DNA of 64,000 nt, from the NCBI GenBank assembly GCA_964016885.1, contig OZ024753.1:33604001-33668000 (forward strand). Reading direction: 5' to 3'. Origin of the DNA: Eledone cirrhosa. Its lineage: Eukaryota. The notes beneath the pieces are model-generated. The model was not told the DNA's origin and ran no database searches. It saw only the letters and a list, made by a program, of their open reading frames with translations. Below are positions 23,981 to 37,958 of the stretch, piece by piece (the stretch's first letter is position 1; every line of letters starts with the position of its first letter). The translations under genes were made by a program, and so were the position numbers.

Positions 23981-26900
23981 TGAAAATGATCAACAAGGAC
24001 GTTTACATCTTAGTATATAAAATAATTTTTCCATTTCAAGATATTTAGTTCCAGACTATAACAAAACTGGCAATTCAAATCTGTAATTGACCTTTTAAGG
24101 AAGCTATTATTTGCTGTGTGCTTACATAAGTAGCTTGCAAGTTAGATAATTACCAAAATATGTAAAAGCAGTAGCTGATTAAGCTAATTAGATTCTGGTT
24201 TCTATATCTTTGCACTTTGTCATAAATGCTACCACTATGTAACTCAATGTAAGCAATCACTTCTCTTATCGCAATCAAATATTGTATATTTACTCTAATA
24301 TAGTGGTAGAGTCATTAGGACATCAAATAAAATGTTTTGTGGATTCTGTTCTGGTTTGGTTTTTCTGTTGTCCGAGTTCATATCCTGCCAGTGAACTTTA
24401 CCCTGTAGTCTGAGATAAATATATAAAGTACAATTCTTTCCATTTCTTGCTCTGTATTCTTTATGTAGCACCGTGAGAAATGTAATCAGAGACTACTCAC
24501 AGCATCGCTTTCTCTAGAATTAGAGAACAGACAAATTGAGGAAGGGACATAGCAATATCTTCTCATGGAAAGAATTACTGATAATCTACTGAACCCATCC
24601 AATGTCAGACAGATGTGCAGCACAGAACAAAAATGAAAGATTAGTAACAAATACATTTACTCCATAATTCTATACTGAACACTTAATCTAATTCCCGTTA
24701 CTTTGAACTATGTCCTTCAGTAATTCACCGTCAAACTATTTTCTTTCCAATTACTAACATGTATCATTTCAAATGCCACTATTAATTCCCCTAGAACCAC
24801 CCTGCTTTCCCATTTTTAAGTTCCTTTTGATGTTTTTTAACCTATTATTTGAATAATTCAGAAGCAATGCACCCCACCACCTCTCTAGACCAGACTAACA
24901 AATAAACAAATCTATAAGAGAATGTTGAATTGAATGTCAATAAATTTCAATAAACCAACATTCTGTTGCTGCAAGCTAAGGGAGCCTCTAAGTAGTTGCT
25001 GATCTGAGAAAAATTTCCTTCATGGTCGGAATGCTTTTGATCATAATTCTACTCAATCAATGTTGGCCTGGGGCTAAACCACAACAAATTCAGCTAAGAA
25101 GTTTGGTTTTAATCTAAGAGAATGAATTTCAATTTATGGATGCAAAACTCAGAAGTTTTAGAATGTCTACATAACATGAAATTTAACCAGAAATGGTAAA
25201 GCTGAATTCTAGAATGAATTAAGCAAAACTCACTGTCATATGTGAAAACTGTCATGTTTTACTTAGATTTTTAATTGTTCAAATTCCCTAACTTTGATGA
25301 TATTGTCCTTCAAATTGAACGTTTCTTGTATACAAGACCTTACAAGTAAATCTTAATTGATCTTTCAATAATTAGAAATAAATATTTTTGGAAAGTATTG
25401 GTGTCCACAAAATGCACATCTAAAACTATACCATTATGACATTGGGTTATTAATTTTGCTGAAACAATAACAGTGTTGACAATTTTGAAATAGAAACATA
25501 AAACTATGGCTAATTATAATTATAGCAAATATGCTAACTCTAATTGCATATAAAGAATAATTACTCTTATAAGAGCACTTGTAGACTTAAAATTAAATGC
25601 AAAATAAACATCTTAATTCTTATTCAGGGAATATACTCTTTTATTAAATACACAAGTTGAATAACCTATTTTGATAATCAATAAAAACTGACATGAAGAA
25701 CATACTTTGGGATATTTTTTATGGAGACAAAATATTCAAAATATAAGGTCAATTTAATCAAGTTTTAATTCAATTTCAGAATTTTTCATATCTTTATCTT
25801 TATCCTAAACCGAGGAGAAAAAGTTACATTTATGACCTTTGTGTGGAAAATAAAGGAATTTTATCACCAAGCAGGAGACCAAGCCCAAATTGTTGTGACT
25901 GAGTGGACTGTTAAAAGTACCCAAAAGCCAAACGGTGGTGTTTGACTCAGCTATGAATTGTCTTCCACCAAAGAATAGAAACAGTTCCTCAGTTACCATC
26001 TGGCAGATCTCACTCTCAGGGTTTACATTTCTAATGTACTGAACAATGAGATTGAACTAAATTTAAAACAACATGTCTTCAAAAGGAAAAATACTTAACC
26101 ATACTGCCAAGCCTGTGTTTAAACTATTGATCAAATACACAAACTACTATATTTCTCAACCAGACACTAATGCATTTTTTATTTAAATTCTACAAAGACT
26201 AAATTTACTTAAACTTTCTTCAATAAGAATCTTACTAAATGTAACTTAGCAACAAAATGTCATTAGTTTATTGGTATATCAATAAAACTCTCCAGTCTGC
26301 AAACATTTATTGTTTACTCAGCCATAAAAGAGAGAAAAGAAATTTACTATTTTACATATAGTAATGGAATCGTTAGAGCATCAGACAAAATATAGCGCGG
26401 TGTATCTTCTGGATCTTAGCATTCTGGATTCAAATTTCACTGAGCTCCACTTTCCATTCACACTTTCAAGCTTGTTAAATAAAATATCCATCTTAGGCAG
26501 TGGATTGGCAGAATTGATGGAGCATCTGATGGGATACTTTGCAGTATTTCTTCAGGCTCGTTGTATTTCAAATCATGTTGGAAGAATGGGATTTCTCTCT
26601 CTCTCTCACACACACATTAAGCAACTGAAGGTACAAGACCTCCCCTGGACAAGAAACCAGCCCATCACAGGGTCTAATTCCAACAACTGCTTGTACTCAC
26701 TTTCAGCTGAATATATTGAAGCAATGTTAAATCAAGCATTTTACTCAAGAAGCCAACCCATCACAGAAACTGAACCTAAGTCATCATGATTGTAAGTCCA
26801 ATCCACTAACCACTAGGCCATGTGCCTTCACCTTCAATCAGTAGGGAATGCTAACATCTACTGTAGAGGGTCAATTCAACAATATATAGAGGCAAAAATT

Positions 26901-27554
26901 TGCTGTGGAGAGTCAATTAGTTCACTATGTAAAAGGTGTTAAACTCTATGAAGGGCTAATTAGATCAGTATATAGGAGATATTGACATCTACCGTGGGAG
27001 AAGGGTTAAATATAGGGTTAAAATAGGGTTAAAACCTTAAATCTAGGGTTAAAACACTGACAGTAGAAGGATATTTCTAGCATTAGGTAAATGTTACCTT
27101 CTGTAGGTGGTTAATTCTACAGTATACAAGGAACGTTTGAACACCACAGTGAATAGGTTAAGTCAGTGCATAAAGTTGACTTCTATAGAGGGTTAATTAG
27201 TAACTATCAACAAGGTGTTCAGCTCTACTTAGGAGGGCTAATTATATCAGTAAGGAGATGTTGACCTCAGTAGTGGGTGGAGGGTTAATTAAATCAGTAC
27301 ATATAGTTGGCTTCTATTATGGAGGATTAATTAGTTACATACAGAGTGAAGGTGCTGGGGAATTAATTAACTCACTAAATAGGATACATTGGTTTCTACT
27401 TATTTTTCATTAAATAATTCATTATATTTGTCTTGATTAATTCAATAACTTTTTAATAAAATATGACAGCAATTACTTTCAGAGATCAATTATTTCACAA
27501 ATTTTTTTTTATATATACTTGTTTTATAATCTGACATTTGATGTTTCAGTATCC

Positions 27555-27586
<32 letters not shown>

Positions 27587-28840
27587 CATACACTACTGGG
27601 GAGCAGAGAGGAGAAGAGAAAGAAAGTAGGAAGGATCTAAAGGAGAAATGGTTTTTAAAAATGCATACACACATACATATGTATAGTATTTTTTATTAAT
27701 AATGACTGCATACATTAAACTTCAACTGATACTGCCTTCTTAAAAGAGCTTATGAAAATAAACATTTCTTTGTATAAAGTAATAATTTGGTATAGAGGAA
27801 AAGCTCTGGATTGGAGTAGTAAATATATACATTAAATGAGAAGGGAAAATCAGTTCTGTTATTGGGTAAAATTTCTTTCTTTCTCTCACTAGTCCCAAAG
27901 GTCTTGAAAATAAAGGGCCATAGGTGCTGCATTTCCTTCCCCAAGTAAACTGTAGACATTATAAAGCAGCCTTAGGTGAAATACACTCAGTAGATCACCA
28001 TATAGGTCTGTTGTTCATTGCATAGAGCTGAGTATCTGGCTATGACATCTGGATAAGACAGCTAGCAACATCTTTGGTTTTGTTAAATGTTGGTTTCCAA
28101 AACACTAATGTAGACAGCTTTATTTGAAGGACAATGGCAATGGCCTGAAAATCTAGCCTCTCTTTTTCACAATATCAGAAATATAGGGGATCATTGTATA
28201 TTTCTCTTAGCATGAGAAATAAAAGCTGTATATGCATTTGTTGTTTGATAATAAGTATCCAAGTTTCGCTACCAAAAAGTAGGATAGGTTGTATTGTAAC
28301 TGAAAGAGTTACTATGAAGGGATTTCATAGATTTTAGGTACATTGGTTCTTAGATCATGAACTCTGGAAAATATTTCAACACCTAACACAGTCCAGGCTG
28401 GTCAGTGTGCAATAAATCTGACAGAATCTAGCATTCAAAGCTGTAAAAACATTAAAAGTATAAACTTCCATACATAAACTTATAGGTTAAGATTGACCTT
28501 TGTATTTTATAAAGATAAACTTTAACATAGATACGAACATATATTATTGAGAATAAAACAAAACCAACCCAAGTTTCTCAGTCAATAATTTCCAAATTTG
28601 CTATCATATATTGAGTTTATATCTTTAAAAATATTTATAATAAATAGATATGGGAAATATTAAATGATATAGAAGGATATAAAATGTGTGTGTGTGGGAG
28701 GGAGAGAAAATACATTCATATATGGATAATAGCTGCAGGAAGTAGTTTTGTAAATACAATTTATGACCAAGCCACATTTGCTTTGCCTTAAAGGAAATAC
28801 ACCTATGTATGTACATATATATGTATATATATATATATAC

Positions 28841-30582
28841 GAGGAAACTATAGAGGTATGAGGAAACTATAGAGGTATAAAGCTGATGGACCAGGTCATG
28901 AAAGTAACAGAAAGAGTTATAGCACATTTGATTAGGGACCGGGTGAAAATAGACAAGATGCAATTTGGGTTTGTACCAGGAAGAGGCACCACTGATACCC
29001 TCTTCCTTGTAAGGCAGCTACAGGAAAAGTACCTAGCTAAAAGTAAGCCACTCTACTTGGCATTTGTCGACCTTGAGAAAGCCTTTGACAGAGTTCCACG
29101 TGCTGTAATCTGGTGGGCTCTTAGAAAACTAGGAGTAGATGAATGGCTTGTGAAAGCGGTACAAGCCATGTATAGGGGAGCAGTCAGCAAAGTTAGGATT
29201 AGCAATGAGTATAGCGAGGAATTTAGCGTACAGGTTGGGGTCCACCAGGGCTCTGTTCTTAGCCTCTCCTGTTCATCATAGTCCTGCAGGCAATAACGGA
29301 GGAGTTTAAGACCGGATGCCCATGGGAACTCCTGTATGCTGATGACCTCGCACTTATAGCTGAATCTATGGTAGAACTAGAGAATAAATTCCAAACTTGG
29401 AAGCAGGGACTAGAAAGAAAGGGTCTCAAAGTCAACATGACAAAGACTAAGGTCCTTGTAAGTAGACGAGAAAACAGAACCCAGATCCCCTCAGGAAAAT
29501 GGCCTTGCTCAGTATGTAGGAAAGGTGTAGGTAGGAACTCCATTCTCTGCCCTAAATGCAAACAATGGGTACACAAGAGATGTAGCGGGATCTCAGGAAG
29601 CTTAATTAAGAATGTAGGCTTCACATGCAACAGCTGTGCTGGGACAGCAAGCAGAAAACAGCCACAGGAAACAAGTACCACCAATCTTTGGGAGGGCTCT
29701 GTAGAAACAGTAGGCAGCTTCTGCTACCTAGGTGACCGAATTAGCAGCGGAGGTGGGTGTTCAGAAAGTACAATAACTAGGGTAAGAACGGGATGGAAGA
29801 AGTTGAGGGAACTACTACCACTGCTAGCTGCAAAAGGCTTCTCCCTCAGAATGAAAGGCAGACTGTATGATGTGTGTATCCGAACAGCGATGTTGCATGG
29901 TAGTGAGACCTGGGCGCTGAAGGTGGAAGACTTACGTAGATTAGAGAGAAACGAAGCCTGCATGCTCCGATGAATGTGTAACAGTAATATACGTGAACGA
30001 CAAAGCATAAATGAATTGAGAGAGACTGAGCATAAGAGGAATCAAATGCTGTGTGCAGGAGAGGCGGTTGCGCTGGTATGGACATGTGATGCGTATGAAG
30101 GATGACAGCTGCATAAAAAGGTGCAGAGCACTAGAAGTCGATGGAAACCGCGGAGTGGAGAGACCCAAGATGACCTGGGATGAGGTGATAAAAGCCGACC
30201 TTACCCAATTACACCTCTCAAAGGCAATGACACATGACCGTGACCTCTGGCGTCACGCAGTAATACAGAGTACCCGACCTCCCATGGGTACAAGCTGAAG
30301 CATATAGACAATATGCCCCCACCGCAAGGTGGTCAAGGAGATGCCACGGCAAAAAAGCACCCAGCCCACACTGTAAAGTGGACGTGTAGGCGCCACGAAA
30401 AAGCACCCAGCACTCACTGTAAATGAGGTTGGTGTTAGGAAGGGCATCCAGCTGTAGAAATCAAGCCAAATCAGTTCCTGTATGAGCAAGGCATGGTCAG
30501 CCAACCAGACACTGCCCACAACAGGACAACCCATCTAACCCATGCTAGCGTGGAAGAACGGACGTAAAATGATGATGATGAT
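28841..30582 (+). mobile_element. 5'-truncated RTE LINE subfamily 1 (RT pseudogene, PHD insert, 3' UTR, (GAT)n)
   Basis: NYRGIKLM, QFGFVPGRGTTD, FVDLEKAFDRV, GVHQGSVLS, LLYADDL, FCYLGD, RRLRWYGHV; frameshift near 29263, stop at 29971, lesion near 30025. Confidence 0.95.
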
Positions 30583-31211
30583 ATATATATATATATAATA
30601 CAATATGTTGAAAGGGTAACACACTAGAGAGAAAGAGAGAGTGTGTGTGCCACCATCAATAAAACAGGGGAGACAAGTGTATGGAATCTATAACCTATGG
30701 AAGGCAGGGTAGACACACAGTTAAAAATATAAATTAAAATGTATATACGCACCTCTATAACTATATAACACATGCGTACAAATCCAAAGAGATCTCTTTC
30801 GCCAAGAAATTGTTGATTGAAATGGAATCGCCTATGGGGTATCAGCGTGTGTAAGACAAATACATTCCAGACAAACTCTAAGAAAATCTAAGACAACCAT
30901 CCAGCAACACGTGGCAGAGAGATGTGACAGCGTGCATAACACAGTCAACCAGTGGTATCTGAGGGACGAGCTGCTAGAAAGGGCAGCCCCAAAACCACTC
31001 AAAGAGATGTGCTCAACCAAACAGAGAGAGAAGAAAGACTGTTATAAGGAGCAAAATATCACGATAAATTAACGGACCCTTGTTATTCGCTGTAAATTGT
31101 GCTCAAAGGAAAAGGAATCCTGAGCTCTTTAAGCACATAATTTCAGCACATAATTTGAGCACATAATTTACAGGGAATAACGAGGGTCTTTGGCTCCGTT
31201 AATTTATCGCA

Positions 31212-31242
<31 letters not shown>

Positions 31243-31786
31243 TACACACACATATATATATGTTGTACCTCCAGCGTTTATAATAAGTGTTCTCCAATTA
31301 ATTCCATCAACACAAAATATAATCTATATGCTCCTCCTGTCTAGAATTGAACTAACAATCAGGTGTCCTGCACCAACCACTATGACACATACCTTCACAC
31401 ACACATGCACACACTCACACATACATATCATCATCACTGTTAAACGTCCATTTTTCCATGGTAGCATGGGTTAGATGCAAGTTGATCAGGTAACCGTGTC
31501 TTGCTCACACAGAAGTGTTTTTCTGTTTCTGGCTTGGTTTCTATGACTGGATGCCTTTCCTAACACCAACCACATTTACAGTCTATACATGTAGAAAATA
31601 TCTGTAGGTGTGAAAAGCCATGGGTGTGAAAAAGGAAAAAGTAATACTGTGCTCAGTCATGTAAGCAGCTGAAGATTAGGTCACAATTTTTATCCCTCGT
31701 ATATTCTGGAAATATGGTCAATGTTGAACCTTGAAACCTTAGGTAGTGCTTTTGTTCCATGTATGAACATAAATAAAAGAACGTTA

Positions 31787-32112
31787 TATATATATATATA
31801 TATATATGAATGTATATGTGTGTATATGTGTGTATATGTGTGTATATGTGTGTATATGTGTGTATATGTGTGTATATGTATATGTGTATATGTGTGTATA
31901 TGTGTGTATATGTGTGTATATGTGTGTATATGTGTGTATATGTATGTATATGTGTGTATATGTATATGTGTATATGTGTGTATATGTGTGTATATGTGTG
32001 TATATGTGTGTATATGTATATGTGTATATGTGTGTATATGTGTGTGTATGTGTGTATATGTGTGTATATGTGTGTATATGTGTGTATATGTGTGTATATG
32101 TGTATATATATA

Positions 32113-32144
<32 letters not shown>

Positions 32145-32217
32145 CATACATGTGTGTGTGTGTATGCATATTTATAAATATATATACGTGTGTGTGTAAG
32201 TGTGTGTGTGTGTGTGC

Positions 32218-32250
<33 letters not shown>
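31787..32250. repeat. (TATATGTGTG)n compound microsatellite
   Basis: Direct reading. Confidence 0.95.
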
Positions 32251-32919
32251 AGAAGATATATTCAGTATCTATATATATACTGAATATATCTTCTTACCAG
32301 AGAAGAATATAATGAAATGTGTTTAGAAAATTTCGGCTTTCAATAAAAAAAAAAAAAATCTATATTTTGATTTGATGACAATGTAGTAAATGGAAGGGAG
32401 AAAAGTGAAAAAATGTATTGAATAAATAGAAAATAAAAAGATATCATTATAGTTTATTGTGGCTTGAGATTTTCTCTTTTCTGTTTCTTATTGCAAATAT
32501 ATTTCCTAAGGATATTTATTTATACCAGTGTTAATTGTGAATATAGAGTGAGGTGGTAATTTGTTAAACTGATGGAGGGTGGAGGTGTAATTTGTTAAAG
32601 TGACAGCGAGGTGTGGCTACTGTGCAAAATACCTCTGTTGGTTATATGTTGTTGTTGGTACTGGTGACTGCATTGTTGTTTGCTGCTTTTGGTGGTGTTG
32701 CTTTTGTCATTTTTTTTTAAGGTTGTTTGGCTTACGATCTTGAGGTAATAAGTTCGATTCCTAGACCAGCTGGCTTGTTGCATCATTTTATTTTATGTTA
32801 TTCCAGTCCACTCAGGTGGCAAAAATGAATTGTACCTCATTTTCGTAATTCATTGTGCCAGCCTTGTTTCACATTTTGTCAAGCTGGGTCTCAGAGAGAG
32901 AGAGAGAGAATAGACAGTC

Positions 32920-33055
32920 ACTTTGTGCCAATCAGTCAGAACGCCTCTCATTGGATGCTGTCTAGGATGTCTGCATGTGCAAGAACAGCAGCAACAGCAC
33001 ATGTCAGATATGCAATCAAGACTTAATTGTTAGCTTCACCTGAATACTGGTTGAA
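32920..33055 (-). pseudogene. Highly decayed CR1/Jockey-like RT C-terminal remnant
   Basis: ...AVLAHADILDSIQ*EAF*LIG resembles LDxIQRRAxRLI. Confidence 0.3.
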
Positions 33056-34809
33056 TGCTTGAAATATTTTTGAGGGATTAATTATTTTCTGTGTCTAATA
33101 ATAATTGCCAGTCTTTGTAATGCAGTTTTTGCTATGTCGAGCATATGTTTTGACAAGGAGAGATCCTTAATAATGGTGGTGCCAAACATTTCAAAGAATA
33201 ATGAAGGAAGGGTAGTTACATGCTTTGCCATGTTTAAAGATTTGATGGTGGTGAGCTGCAATAATGTTTTCTCAATATGTACTGTGATTGTGTCTTTTTG
33301 TTATATGAAATCTAACACTGAGAAGAAAGAACAACACAACAAAAGAAACACCCTGATCCCAGCTTTCAAGCATAATACAGATTTTATACAATGAAGCTAC
33401 AGTACATTAATGGAATTTATATGAGTCCTGGGAATTGTAATTACTTCTTCTTTCAAACCTATATTGGTAACTAGCAATAACACAACACATTCAAATCATA
33501 TTAGAAAAAATACTACACTATATATGTAGAAATCTCTTGCTTTCATTTACTAGAATTATTGGTCATGACCCTGTTTCTGCTTTCAAGCACCAACATCTCT
33601 TAATAACTAAAAGGGATCCATAATACTTCACAAAGATTGTTTCTATAAATCAGCTGAACTGAAGAGAGGTTGAACAGTCTCGCAGCTCCTCTCTCACTAC
33701 ATAATTTATAAGGGAGAGATAGAAATAGTGACCTGTGCTTGGGGAAATCTTAAATAGCTACTAATTAATTTAGATGATGGAAGCTATATAAACCATCAAA
33801 CAGATATTGCACATCCTAAAACATCAAACAGACATTGCTCGGTTGCAAAGGTGTTGTAATTAGATTGCCAGATAAGGACTAGTTAAGCTGACAACATTGT
33901 ACCTAAGGGACCTCAGATGTTCTTTGTTCTGCCATAAAGTGCAGACATACAATCAATATTGTATAATAGATTTCAACGAATTGTGCCTTGTCAAAGATGA
34001 ACTAATAAACACCTCAGAAATTGCAGCCAATGACTATAACAGCAAACTGGTTTCTATATATCTATCTATCTATACCCACACATGCATGATGCAGTGTCAA
34101 AGTTACAGTACCAGGCCTAAAATAATGTACACCATTACAGTAAATGATATATTTCATATATTATTTAAATCCAGGTAGTATCTTTTACAAAATAATACAT
34201 TTAAACATATCCCTCTTCAACATATCCAAAGCTGTTTTGCCTCTGAATCGTAACTACAAATACAACTTTTATCTCCTGATAATTCTAGAGTGGAGTATTG
34301 TTACATGAAATTCAAATACACATATTAAAACAGTGTTGATTATGATTCAGAGTCGAGAGCCTAAAGATAAACATTGTAGGGTTTCTCTGATAATTTCCCA
34401 GCAGACTCTATAACTGAACAATCATCACCAGGAACCAACACATGATCAGCCTTGTAATTTGCTTGCCACTCGAAAAAATAGGGTTCAAACTAAAATAAAT
34501 GTTCATTAAAAGCTGAGCAAATCATTTTAAAGGTCTCAGCAATGATTTAGCAAAATTAAAGTAGGCATGATGCTAGTATTTGTCAATCACTGTAAAAATT
34601 GTATAGTTCATCTAACATGATACAAATCCTTCCATTATAATTGAACACAAGTAGATGATATAAAGTAGATGGATTCAATTGGCTGTTGCTAATGATCATC
34701 AGCAGCACAAGCATTGCCATGATGTGTATGCATACAATATGAATATTGTATCATATTGTAGGTCCTTCTAGTGTAGTCATAGCAACATTATTATGACATG
34801 CTGTCATAA

Positions 34810-34992
34810 GGCGGTGGATTGGCAGTATTGGTAGAGGGTTGGACACCATGCTTTGACAAAGCTACGGCCCTTGCCATTCTGAGATCAAATCCCGCCAAGG
34901 TTAACTTTGCCTTTCATCCTTACAGGGTCGATAAAATAAAATACCAGTAATGCACTGCGATATTGCTGGCCTTGTGCCAAAAGTAGAAAAAA
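34810..34992 (+). mobile_element. SINE group A with 16-bp target-site duplication
   Basis: TSD attattatgacatgct at 34787-34802 and 34992-35007. Confidence 0.9.
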
Positions 34993-35505
34993 TTATTATG
35001 ACATGCTATGCACCAGATATCCCTAGCTATCATATCTAGCTATCCCTAGCTATCATATCAGATCTTGTGTTTCCTCAAGGAATTTGCCTCTACACTCTTT
35101 GATGTTGTCTGTTCACCTCTTTTTCTTTCCAATGTCCAACTCTCAAGCTGTCCCTCTCTACAGTTTCAAGCAGGATGGTTTGAATATGGGAAGTGGGAAA
35201 AATTCAATCAAGGTCATCTCTCTTTGCAAGTTCAGGTTGATAATAGTGATGCTGGGGGCTATGATAATGAAATATACAAACACACACACACACACATACA
35301 CACACACACAGAGGCACAATATTATTATCAAACCAACAATCCCTTTGCTGCAAGCTAAATGATTCAACTAATTATGTTATCAATGCATGTGAGAAACTGC
35401 TCAATATAATAATGATAATAATATGTGTATTGTGTGTGTATATGTGAAAGAACTCCTGTATATAACACCTTTCGAGACAAAAGTTATATATACGTACACA
35501 CACAT

Positions 35506-35565
<60 letters not shown>

Positions 35566-36004
35566 GATATGAGTGTGTATAGATATATATAACTAAAACC
35601 AGAAGGAAAAAAATATATTCAATTATTTTCTATTAATATGATTGCATATCTAATTTGTTGATTGATTTATTTTATCATTGATTAAATAATAATAATAAAA
35701 TGAAAAAATATTTAAAAAGTAATACAAATCAAACCATCATAATGGATAATTAAAAAATGTTTTTAAAAGACTTTGGTTGGAAATGAAATATAAATTGGCA
35801 ATGAATTGAATTCTACAATTCATTATCTTTCAATAATATGTGAGAACATTGTTAAATAAAGCCCCGCTGTCTATTCTCTCTGCATCATTGTAATTACATA
35901 TGCTGAAGAAGACAGATCCCATTTCCCCAACCACTCATTCTTTTGTTTTCAAAGTATTTTTTGGTGGGGGAGGTATTTTTCTTACTGTTGTATTCATATA
36001 TGCA

Positions 36005-36400
36005 TGTGAAGGTGTGTAGCTTAGTGGTTAAAGTGTTAGGCATTTTAGCATTTAAACCAGCCATAATTCTCTCACTTATTTCTGTTCAAACTGGCACTGG
36101 CCACTCATACTGATGTTAAAGTATTTTTCTCAAAATAAATATTAAAATCTCACAGATTCGATATTGTGAGGTAAAGCCTTTACCGTGAAAATACAAAAGT
36201 AAATATCGAGTAATGTAAATGCGAAAGGGTTAAGTCATGAGTTTGTTTACTGGACTAGGTAGAACATTGTACCCTTGAGCAAGGCACTTTATTTCATGTT
36301 ACTCCTGTTCACTCAACTAGTAAAAAGGGAGTTAAACCTGTGATTCAAAGAGGCAGCCTTGTCACACTGAATTATGATTCTCTCTGAGAATTATGGTAAG
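36005..36400 (+). mobile_element. SINE group B interrupted by a piggyBac-like MITE (36043-36233, -)
   Basis: SINE head 36005-36040 resumes after GGGTTAA at 36234; insert homologous to 11824-12053. Confidence 0.65.
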
Positions 36401-36469
36401 TGTATAGACATTTGACAATTTTGTGAAGGCTGTTTCATTGATTTATCAACTGGACCAGGCCTCATTATA

Positions 36470-36630
36470 TATGACTGGTACATTATTTTATCAACCCCAG
36501 TACACGACTGGTGCATTAATATATTACACCCTCTCAGTAACATGATAGTTTATTTATGCAGCTCAGTACATGACTGGTACTTTATTTTAGTGAGTCCAGT
36601 ACATGACTAGTACTTCATTTTATCAACTAT
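36470..36630. repeat. Degenerate tandem repeats of a SINE A segment (ccagtacatgactggtactttatttt)
   Basis: 4-5 imperfect units. Confidence 0.55.
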
Positions 36631-37397
36631 TTCATTAACCACAGAAGAATGAAGACCAAAGTTTAACTTGGAATGATTTGAACTCAAAACAAAGACCTCT
36701 AACTAAATACTGTAACGCATTATATCTGGCAAAATACTCCTAGTATTTAAGACTTGTGCATATTATGTGTGTGTATATATACACATGCATATTATGTTGT
36801 ATTTATATATACCCATGCATATATGTAGACAGACACACATATACATACACATGAAAAAAAAACATTTGAAAATTTTATTATTTTTTTACGATACTTTAAT
36901 TCTAATTAAAAGATTTGTTTAATCCATTAATTTACTTTCCACACCATTATTCTAATATTTATTTTATAAGGTAATAAGCCAGTCTCTACAGAGGCACTTG
37001 ACCTGGCAGAATTAGCAGCCAGCTCACCCCTGTGCTTACCTTACTATTTCATAAATGTTATATAATTATATATATATAAATATATACATATTCATAAAGA
37101 TTATATAATTTTAAATATATATATATTAATTTAACCAGCAATTTCTCAAAATGACTAACTAAAAACATATATATATATATACACATATACACACACCATA
37201 TCAGTCAGACACAAATGGTCACATTGTTCCCTTCCCCAACATATCTTTTTCCTTCAGAAATTCCCATCAATGCATATGAAATCCCAAATATAAGGAATAA
37301 ATGTATTCCTAGATTTAGCCATCTGCATTGTAGAGGCTTCCAAAACAACCTCTTTTCATATTCCCCAATGCTTCAAACAAACTTAAACACATACACA

Positions 37398-37958
37398 TAG
37401 AGACTGAGCATAAGAGGAATCAAATGCTGTATGCAGGAGAGGCGGTTGCATTGGTATGGACATGTGATGTGTATGAAGGATGACAGCTGCATAAAAAGGT
37501 ACAGAGCACTAGAAGTCATTGGAAACCACGGAGTAGGGAGACCCAAGAAGACCTGAGATGAGGTGATAAAAGCTGACATAACCCAATTACACCTCTCAAA
37601 GGCAATGACACACGACCGTAACCTCTGGCGTCAAGCAGTAATACCCGACCTCCCATGGGTACAAGCTGAAGCATATAGACAATATGCCCCCACACCCTTC
37701 CACTGCAAAGTGGTCATGGAGGTGTGACGGCAAAAAAGCACCCAGCCCACACTGTAAAGTGGACGTGCCATGGAAAAAAGCACCCAGCACTCACTGTAAA
37801 TGAGGTTGGTGTTAGGAAGGGCATCCAGCTGTAGAAATCAAGCCAAAATCAGTTCCTGTATGAGCAAGACATGGTCAGCTGACCAGACACTGCCCACAAC
37901 AGAACAACCTGTCTAACCCATGCTAGCATGGAAGAACGGACGTAAAACGGTGATGATA
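37398..37958 (+). mobile_element. RTE subfamily 1 3' fragment
   Basis: Near-identical to 30020-30582. Confidence 0.9.

Noticed and set aside
23478-24048. Thr/Ile-rich mucin-like or Val/Met-rich membrane ORFs
   Set aside because: Derived from degenerate ACC/ATC trinucleotide repeats plus a SINE remnant
25805-26060. Non-repetitive ORF-like segment
   Set aside because: Short frames on both strands with no recognisable domain or convincing splice sites
27001-27053. Interstitial telomeric repeat
   Set aside because: Units are TAGGGTTAAA-like with variable spacing, not tandem TTAGGG
28083-28144. Possible minus-strand terminal exon (ttttcag|...HCHCPSNKAVYISVLETNI*)
   Set aside because: Only about 20 codons, no recognisable homology and no partner exons found
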